Positions 55,301 through 64,000 of a stretch of 64,000 nucleotides of DNA are shown here, in pieces. Under the pieces are notes generated by a model, which made no database searches, was not told where the DNA came from, and saw nothing but the letters and a program-made list of their open reading frames with translations. The stretch covers positions 1,488,001 through 1,552,000 of the forward strand of contig NC_081331.1 in the NCBI RefSeq assembly GCF_022539665.2, in the 5' to 3' direction. How positions within the stretch are numbered: the stretch's first letter is position 1; each line of letters begins with the position of its first letter. This stretch comes from Daphnia carinata (Eukaryota). The position numbers and the translations under genes are program-made.

Positions 55301-57623
55301 ACGATTTAAAAAAGGGCGACGAAGCAAGAGATGTGCAGAACGTTATTAGAGAGTTAGCGTATGATGAGTCAGGTAAGAAGGATGTGCATAATTGTACACC
55401 AACACGCATCTTTTCTCGATTCACTTGTCTACGAAAAGGTTGCGGGACGGTCGTCTGTCAACAACGTTTCACATTGTTGTCTTCCTGACTGAAAATTAGA
55501 GAGAGAAACAACAGAAACAACTGGGCGAAAATCAAGGCAAAAAAAAACAAAACAAAGGGGGGATCCGCACATCCGGGAAACCGTTTACTCCTTTTGTTCT
55601 TAACCGTAACGAGATGATGAGCTTTCTAATCTCGTTTTTGTTGTTCTTCCTCTCTGCTCGCAACACGTTTCACAACTATATTTGCAGTGTACATATAAAA
55701 AGAAGTTAAAAGAACCAATCACCATACCCGTGTGTGTTCTGTATGTACTGAACTCATTTAAATGGGCAAGAGAGAGGAAGGAGAGAGAGAGAGAGAGAGA
55801 AAAAAAAATACAGTGGGGGCACCATTTGATATATGCCGGCCATATCACGTTTAACGACAATGCCCACCGTTGCTCAATGTTCGTCAACAAGAACACGGAA
55901 AACCGGTGGCAATGACAATACAGGTTTCTCTCTCTTTCTCCATCCTCCCCGTCTCCTGGTGGATGGCGAGAGTAAAAACAAAAGAAAACGAAAAACGTTC
56001 CGATCTGCGTTTGAATCGAAATCAGTGCTATAATAAAATAAAAACGAAATAAAAATGGAAAATTTCTCCTGAATTTCGAATAAGCTGCCCGTGCGATTGC
56101 CGTTATGAAAACGACCGGGTTGACCAGTTTTGCATAGCAAGGAATTTCAGATTCTCGGTGAACTAAAGTGAGAGCCAAAATATCAAAGTAGGTTCAGCCA
56201 TTGTTAGTTTGCCACACACACACACACACATACACATAAGTGAAGCGAAACATAAACTCCTTTCGTCCTTCAACAGCATCGAATCAAAACCATCCGCCCA
56301 GACCGTTGTGGTACCAAGAAAGCCATCAGCCCCAGCAACTATATATGCGATGCGTTAAATAGCCTTAAACTTTCTCGTCGTTATTTAATCTTTTTTTTTT
56401 TCTTCTTCTTCTTCTTCCTTTCTTTCTTTCCTTTTTTTTTTTCTTACCTGGCCAACTCGTGGCAAAAAGTCAGAGAAAACATCGTCGAATGTCACTTGGC
56501 AAAAGCCGAAATCTTTTTATTATAAAATAATCTTTTGAAACGAAACTTGGCAACTCTTTTTTTTTTTCTGGCTATTTGATTTGAAGACGAAAAGAAATGA
56601 AAAGAAAAAAAAAAAAAAGAAACGCATATACGCAATAATATATATGTGTGAATCGTGTGACGCTAGAATCGAGTCCCATTCCGAAACCGCTTTCGCGGAA
56701 TTGACAACCGAATTGACAACCATAGTCACCTTCCTGTCCTTTATGCATCCACGAATCTGACGAATGGACGATCGGCGCTTTTTCTCTTGACGGCCATCTT
56801 CTGAAATAAAGAAGGGATTGCAAAAAAAAAAAAAAAGGTGAATCATTGACAGCGGGAATCGAACGCAATAGGTCACCGAAAAAAAGGGCGAGCAGGTCGA
56901 CCGGGATGAGGGACTCACGGAGATAGGTGGAATGCTCTAAAAGAAATGCCAGAGGAAAAAATAAATAGGAATTGAAAAATTCAATGATTGACAATATGCG
57001 CTAGAAGTGGGACACTACAAGAAGACGGAGGAGATGTATACAAACACACACACACACACACACAAAAAAGGGCGAATGGGTTTTGTAAAAATTCGAAAAG
57101 AATTTAGAATTGGAAATCCGTGATGGATGCGAGGAATTCGGATGATGCATTCGCGGTTTTTGTTGCGACCTCCTGCATCAAACACCTGTGAATGACGAGC
57201 AATAAGATCGGTATCGATGACGCCCGGGTAGAGATCAGCATAAGAAAAAAGAGATGGATCGATCTGACAGATCAAACGTACAGTCGGGACGGTTTCAGTC
57301 ACACACGGGGAGGAAAATAACGGAGATGAACGCTGGAGCGCGTGAGCTAAATATCAACACCTAAATGGGAAGACTCTGGAATTCTGCAGATCGCAATTGC
57401 CAACAATGTCAGCAGAGGACAAGGGGGTAGGTGGAGGGAAAATATGGTTGGCATGGGTTAGGAATTTTTCCGTTTTTTTTTTCTTTTTCCTTCATACGAT
57501 CGATGAGCCCATGTGTCGTGATTTAGAGTTGAAGATGCGGTTTCGGATAAGTGATCACGTGACCCCCGTCACGGCACCAAATATTGTAGTAGCGTCTGCA
57601 GCAGCTAGATCTACTGGGCCAAA

Positions 57624-57625
<2 letters not shown>

Positions 57626-57658
<33 letters not shown>
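57626..57658. repeat. (AT)n microsatellite
   Basis: About 16 AT units seen directly. Confidence 0.9.
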
Positions 57659-57662
<4 letters not shown>

Positions 57663-58151
57663 GGAGTGAAGCAAGTCGAAGTTGCTGGCTTGTTTCCATT
57701 CCGGGTGGGAGGTGACCGGTAGAAAATAAAATAACCCTCCTCGTGAAATTCAAAAATCAAAGAGAAACAAAAAATTTAAGGTGATGAGGTGGAAAAAGAG
57801 AGAGGAGGGTAAGAGGCAGGCAAAGAACATACATGCAGAGGAAGGAGCAACAAAACAACCGAACACTGGAGCGCAACCCAGATGAGCTATTGTGCCTCCT
57901 TCTACTGACTCAACTGTGGCCTGGGAATAGGAGAAGAAGAAGAAGAAGAAAAAAAAGCCCGGCGCGAGCGTTCGCGCATGCGGCCAAAAATCTCACCTCC
58001 TTCCTTCTTCTTCTCCTCTTTTCCAAACTCCACCTCTTTCTTCCTCTTTTGCAGCAGCACCCTCTCTTTCTTACTCTCTCCTGCGCCCTCTCTCTCCCGC
58101 TCCATGGCTATCCATTGGCTTCTGCTGCGGCTGCCTTGCGTGAAGGGATCC

Positions 58152-58421
58152 TATAAAAGCCGCTGACTCTGGCGTTCAACTTGAACTTTCACATCGCATC
58201 TTTCACGCCGACAACACCCTCCCGAAAATACTGAGCTCCAGCTTCACATCGTCTTCATCAAGACTTACCTATTCGCTCATTCAAGTCCTTTGCTGCGTTG
58301 GATACCCGACTCTACCGTCTACCCTCCCCCGTCCGTCCATCCGTTGCCCTTTAGCCGCACTCACGAATCTCCCTGAACAAGCAAAATCTTTGTCACGTTC
58401 ATTTTGACATCTGTCATTGAA
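58152..58421 (+). promoter_or_regulatory. TATA-box promoter and non-coding first exon of the small ChtBD2 gene
   Basis: TATAAAA at 58152-58158 after a CT/GA-rich tract. Consensus donor GTAAGT at 58422 and a matching acceptor ttatttcaacag ending at 59832, just before the ATG at 59872. Confidence 0.6.
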
Positions 58422-59021
58422 GTAAGTCGTCTTTTTCTTAAACTCGTCGTTGTTTTACGATTTCATTTCTATTTAATCACACCGCTTGATTACCCAGTCC
58501 ATTACGATTAAGACGGTCCGCAAGGTAACCTGTATAATGCCGAACTTTTTTTACATTTTTTTTTTTTTTTAATCATCACGACGATTCGATTTGGGAACAC
58601 ACACAAAAAGAATCGAATGGCTATTGGACTAGATTTCTCTAAAACAACTTCCGCAATCTCAAAGCGCGAATCGTGTTTGTCATTGACCCTACGAAAACAA
58701 ACACCACTCCTTGTAGGAACGAAAAAAGAAAATCAAAAGGAAACCCCATTTTGCCATTTTCGAATCAAACTCTTAGCGCGACAAAATAGAGAACAATTGC
58801 TAGGTAAGAATAAATCAAAAAGGGAAGACCCGCTAGCGGCTCTGTCTGTCCTGTCTGTCTGCGTTTGCAAGTTTTTCGTATTTTTAACAACTAGCGCGCC
58901 ACCGTGGAACAAAAGAAATTGATGAAGAAAAAAAAGAGTTTTGCTTAGCATTTTAAAAAAAAGAGGAGAACAAAAAATCTATCCTATTGCAGATAGAGAA
59001 GGAGGGAGGAGAGTTTGCAAA

Positions 59022-59025
<4 letters not shown>

Positions 59026-59057
<32 letters not shown>
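59026..59057. repeat. (AG)n microsatellite in the 5'UTR intron
   Basis: About 16 AG units seen directly. Confidence 0.9.
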
Positions 59058-59064
<7 letters not shown>

Positions 59065-59871
59065 TGAGCTGGGCCCCTTCTCGCTCCCGGGTGAGAGCGG
59101 TTGACCCGTTTGGCAAGGAGCACCGAAAGTGAGAGAGCGTGCACGGAAGAGAAAGAGAAAGAGATTCACCTATTCATATGCTTCCTCCTTTTCTTCTTTT
59201 TTTTTTTTTATCTATGTATTTATTTATTTATTTTTTAAGGACGGGGGGGGGGGGGGCTGTTGTTATTGGCTTCCAGGTGTGTTATGCTCTTGTATTTCGA
59301 TTCGGCTGTTTATCCTGTGTGTTTTAGCATGTAACATTCAGCAAACAGTTACCTCAGACGCATTACTAGGGCAAGGAGATTTCAATTCAGTTGTGGTGTC
59401 ACAGGGAAAAAAAAAGATTTCACGTTTGCTGATTGGGCCGGATAGGATCGAGGCACAGATTGTTCAGAGATTTTTTGGGTTTTGCAACATTGGGCGACGA
59501 TGCAACCCACTTTCATCGCACCTCCGGGGTCCGCGCATTAACAAGGTTCACAAAAGGCATCAGCTCTCTACCGAAATTGAAGTAGCGCACGGAAGAGAGA
59601 AACGGATACAACGAGATGTGTATAGCCTCTCCTCCGTTCTATGCAACTGAATTTGTTTTACTCTTAGAACGCTAGCTCAGGAATAGCTGATCTAAATATT
59701 TCTGACAACTACAACACGCGCACGTTTTGTTTTTTTTTAATACTGGAAAACGTCCCGCAGTGTGATGTAAAAAAAAAAAAAAAAAATACTAACGGTGAAA
59801 TTCCTTTGAACCTTTGCCAATTATTTCAACAGTTTGGAGCAAAAAATTCAAAAGTCAACATCCATTAGAAA

Positions 59872-60579
59872 ATGATGCGTCAAGTAGCAATCCTTCTCTG
59901 CGTCGTATTCGGTAAGTTATTCCGACCGATCTAGAAATCAATCAGTCCTTACGTCTAGATCAATAACCGATTGTGTTTTTCGTTTTTTCGTTTTTTCGTT
60001 CGCAACTTGTTCAATGGCCTAACTGTAAATCGCCCTGTGCCATTCCACAGCCATTACTTTGGTTTACTCGCTGCCGGCCTTGCACCGAGTAAGTGCTTAG
60101 TTCTTTCATTATTTTCTTGACTCTTCACACCTTAATTTGTTAATGTTCTAAACGGAGAACAAAGCAAATCGTGAAATGAAACCGGTAGTGATCATCGTGT
60201 AACTTGTTTAACAGGCTAAACGCTGGGAGGAGTTCCCTAATGTGACTCTTACCTTCGACTGCACTGACCGTCCACTTGGATTTTATGCCGACCAAGAATT
60301 TGAGTGCATGTTGTTCCATATGTGCGACGAGGACGGTCGACGTATTCCTTACATGTGCGGATCCGGAACTGCTTTCAACCAGCAATACCGCATCTGCGAT
60401 TGGATTCACAACTTTGACTGCAAAGAAGCCAACAAGTGGTAAGTGTTACGCAATGCCGTGGTCGCACCTGCTGTTATTTATCGCCATGTTATTCAATATT
60501 CGTCGTGCTATTAAATTTTAGGTTCTACTTGAACGAGCTGACCTACGTCACGGATCCACCCAAAAGCGTCTCAGCTTAG
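59872..60579 (+). CDS. Small (119 aa) secreted single-domain chitin-binding type-2 protein (CPAP1-like)
   Basis: Exons 59872-59911, 60051-60088, 60215-60438 and 60522-60579 join in frame: MMRQVAILLCVVFAITLVYSLPALHRAKRWEEFPNVTLTFDCTDRPLGFYADQEFECMLFHMCDEDGRRIPYMCGSGTAFNQQYRICDWIHNFDCKEANKWFYLNELTYVTDPPKSVSA*. Cys spacing is CX14CX5CX10CX12CX7C. AATAAA near 61213 and 61258. Confidence 0.92.
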
Positions 60580-62858
60580 AAAACTGTTTGCCGATTGGAT
60601 GAAAAGAAACTGGGCTAATCTTTTTGATTTCCTTCCATGTTTCGCCATTTTTTTTTTACATACTTTTCTACGTCTTTTCACTTCTGAGTTTCCTTTTCAT
60701 GTCCTTTTTTTTTCTCTCCCTTTTTTTGCGTTGCGTGTGAGCCAGTCCCTCCCCCTTATTATTCATCATTTAAAAAAGAATGCGCTTTTGTACATATCCG
60801 TCACACAGAGGGAGAGGGAATTGCAATCTGCTGATGGCGACTGTAATGGCACATGTGTCTCTCTTTTGTCCCACTTCTTCTTCTTGGAGCTGTTGTTCGA
60901 TAGGAGGGAGAAACAGAAGACAATCGACATGTTTGTGTCATCCGGCGTCTTTGATAAGGCAGCCGATGCATAGCCCCTCCAATCAAAGCAGAAGAAGAGA
61001 ATAATCTGAACATTCAACCATGGGGTCTGTGGATGCCATATTCCTCTAATCCGCAATCCGCAGTATCCTGCAACTACTATCATCTTACACGTCTCTCCAA
61101 TCCTTCACTTTTTTTTCATTCCTCCTCGTCTTCCTTCATATCAAATTCGTGTATTGTTGCCTTGCGCAGGCGCAACTAACCTCTAGCAAGTCTTAAACGA
61201 CAATACAAAAACAATAAAACAAAATATGAAACCATTTAAGAAAATACCGAGGCAGCCAATAAAAACAAGAATTTAAATGTAGCCACCTCATTACCCAATT
61301 TTTTCAAATACATACAAACATTTAAAATTGAAAATCTGGCTTCTTATTTTTTCTGTTTTCTTTTCGCAAAAAAAGAACAAAGAATAAACATCACAAAAAA
61401 TCTACCAAAATAAATTCAAGATGCACATTCCTGCGTTCAAGATCTTCGTTCTCCCGGCTTCTTGTTTGATCGATGGTGTACTGTCACGACCGGTCAAAGT
61501 AATACAAGCATTTATACACACGCAGAATATTATTGTACATAGCTAGCAATGCGCAAGCTGTGTTGGAAGTACGTAGGAGTGGGTGTGTGTATAATGCCGA
61601 GTAGAGCTGACGGGACGACACAAAATGCGGTGAATGATGTACAGAATTTAAGGGAGAAAGAGAGAGAAACTCTCGACACAGGAGATATCATCATCTCACC
61701 TCGGGGAATAAATAAATAAAAATACATTAAAGTGGGTCACGATATAGATTTGAATGCGGTCCGTTTATTATTATTACGCGACATCCATTGAGAAAACACT
61801 GTGCAACGTCAAGCACGCAAAGAATATTAAGATAAGAAAAAAAAAATGTTCGCATTTCTTATTGTGGTTTTTCTTTAGTTCCTTCCTTCTTGTGGCTTAA
61901 TTTTTTACCATTTCCATAACATTAGTTGGTAAAAAGGGAAAAGAAGTTGAGTCAACACGACTGATGTAACGGATGCGTTTTGTCAGAGACGTTAAGAATG
62001 CAGGAAAAAGGAGAAGAGATAACATCTCTAAACCTACACCCACCCATACACAGACATATGCGTACACATTGAACATCCAGACGATAATAAAAAACCCTTT
62101 CGCTACGTTTCGATGGGAAATCGGATGCACGACGAAACGGACGTATGCTATACATCAAAGGCTGCCTCTAAATTGTTTTTTTTTTTTTTTTTCTTTTTTT
62201 GTTCTTTTGTAATTGATAGGAAACACCATGGAATACACGAAAATGCTTTAAAGATGCCAATAAGAAAACGAACAACGCTCTAAAACTTCAATAGCCAAAG
62301 AGCAGTTGCAATCAAATAGAACAGTTCAACGTTAACGGAATGTGGCGATCATCTTTGATTTGCTTTTAGACAAAAGCGAAGAAGACCGCTTGTTCCGCAA
62401 GTTCGGAATGTTATTGTATGGAACAAACATTGCTCAGGTAATTTCGCCTTTTAAACAAGAACTAAACGCGGTAATGTCGAGTGCGCAAAAAAAAAAAATA
62501 ATTAACAAGAATCCCATTCCAATTAAGAAGGACCACATTTTTACAGGACTCGAGGACTACGACATTCAGAATAGGGAAAGAGCTTTCGTTGTGTACAAAA
62601 GAAACACATTTGAAAACTTTTGAATACAAGAGTTACTAAATAACACGCTCTCTAACGACAAATTGATTAACTACGTAATGCAAGTGTTGATCTCGCAGCG
62701 AAACAAGATAAACGCGACCGGTTTAGCATTTCCCGTATAATCAAATGCGAATAAAATACTGATTGGATTCTTGATTCTGGCATGATAATTGATCGAATAT
62801 TCTTGATTTCTTTCGGGTATACCGCCAAGGTCCGTTTCCCTTTGGAACCCTGTGCGTC

Positions 62859-64000
62859 CTATTCATAGCTTTGAGATTCCTCACGAACAAATTTCAATTT
62901 CTTCGAGTTCACTACGGTCTTTGGTCCGGGTGGAGGCGGACGAGGAGCTGGACCGGTCATGCCCATGTGCTTTTTTATGTAACGCGCAACGATCGCCTGC
63001 GGTCGATTTTGCCATTCGTTTAGAACTTCTTTGCTTGAGGCCACCTGATCCAATAAATAATTATAAGGACTCTTCAGAAAAGAGCGTCGTTAACGCGTCA
63101 TCTTACCTGGTCACCATTAAGGCGGTTGAGCAGTGTGACACAGATGACTGCAGCACGGATGCCAGCATGGTGGGTGAGGGCAGCAAAGGCCAAGGACTCC
63201 ATTTCCATATTAAGGACATTATTGCCATGGACCTTGTGCAAAAATTCCAATTTCTCCTTTTCTGTGTAATCACAAAATGCTCCGTCTAAACGTCCCTGTC
63301 CTGCAAAGTAGATTTGATGTTTAATGACCGCTCGATTTAACGTTGCGATTTCAACTGTTAATTTGAACGGAGAGCCGTTTACAAAGTTTGTGTCACTGTT
63401 ACCTTCGTAGAAATCGTAAGTGCACATAGTTCGGCCGACGTGCGTCTCAAACGGATCATCTTGAGTCGACAGAGATTGCAATTCTTCGGCCAGCTCCACG
63501 TCAAGCTTGGATGGTCTTTGAACCAATTTGCCCAAAACTGGCTGCAGTTAGGCATAGATAAATGAGTTTTCAGCTCCAGTTTGAGTAAACAGTGACTGTA
63601 ATTTACCAATTCAAGGTAGGGTCTCATCATGCCGTCGACGGCTTCATCCGTGATGACCAAATGCCCACCATCTAAGCCAATGCCACCACATGTTCCCAAA
63701 CGGAAAAAGACGGGGTCCCTGACACGAGCGTGATACATCAGCTTAATTACTTCATGAAGCAGAATTCCCACTGATGGAATACCCATTCCATGCTATTGGA
63801 TGTAAAGAGGAACAAAGAATAATTAATCTAGGAAAACGAATTGCCCGAAATTGATTAGATTGTCTTACGCTAATTGAAAGGACAGGCCCGACTTTGTACA
63901 TCGAATATCGATATGAATACTGTGAGATGTCCAACAAAGTCGTTCCAGCTGGTAGTTTGTAGCCAATCTCTTCCATAATAAAGTTGGCAAACTGTTCCAT
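62859..64000 (-). CDS. UPP1: Uridine phosphorylase (eukaryotic UPP1/UPP2 type), 5' end outside window
   Basis: RYSMYKVGPVLSIS|HGMGIPSVGILLHEVIKLM..FFRLGTCGGIG..|..TMCTYDFYE|GQGRLDGAFC..NMEMESLAFAA..VTLLNRLNGDQ|VASSKEVLNEWQNRPQ are all conserved UPP motifs. The stop TAG is at 62859-62861. UPP1 and UPP2 cannot be resolved. Confidence 0.93.

Noticed and set aside
36631..59911. Both ChtBD2 genes have a 40-nt first coding exon with a phase-1 intron, suggesting recent duplication
   Set aside because: Phase-1 introns in signal peptides are common. The other intron positions and the domain sequences differ strongly.

Overview
Eukaryotic, intron-rich and microsatellite-rich arthropod DNA. The ~60-80 nt introns, base composition and gene content suggest a branchiopod crustacean such as Daphnia (inference). 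Left to right: (1) the 3' part of a TFIIIC subunit gene (GTF3C1, +); (2) a ~1.3 kb non-coding element built from chained palindromes; (3) two paralogous fatty acyl-CoA reductase genes (-) flanking a NEK6/7 kinase gene (-); (4) a secreted Thr/Gln-rich protein (+); (5) a mucin-like chitin-binding (ChtBD2) protein (+); (6) a ~17 kb stretch with no recognisable protein gene; (7) a small furin-site ChtBD2 protein (+); (8) the 3' part of a uridine phosphorylase gene (-). I found no rRNA, tRNA, CRISPR array or intact transposase, and no clearly new biological system. The best leads are the chained-hairpin element at ~6.7-7.9 kb and a NEK6/7 intron whose natural in-frame donor begins TT instead of GT. 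A possible cuticle-themed gene neighbourhood and several small candidate exons or peptides are weaker leads. Exon boundaries were read by hand and may be off by a few bases.
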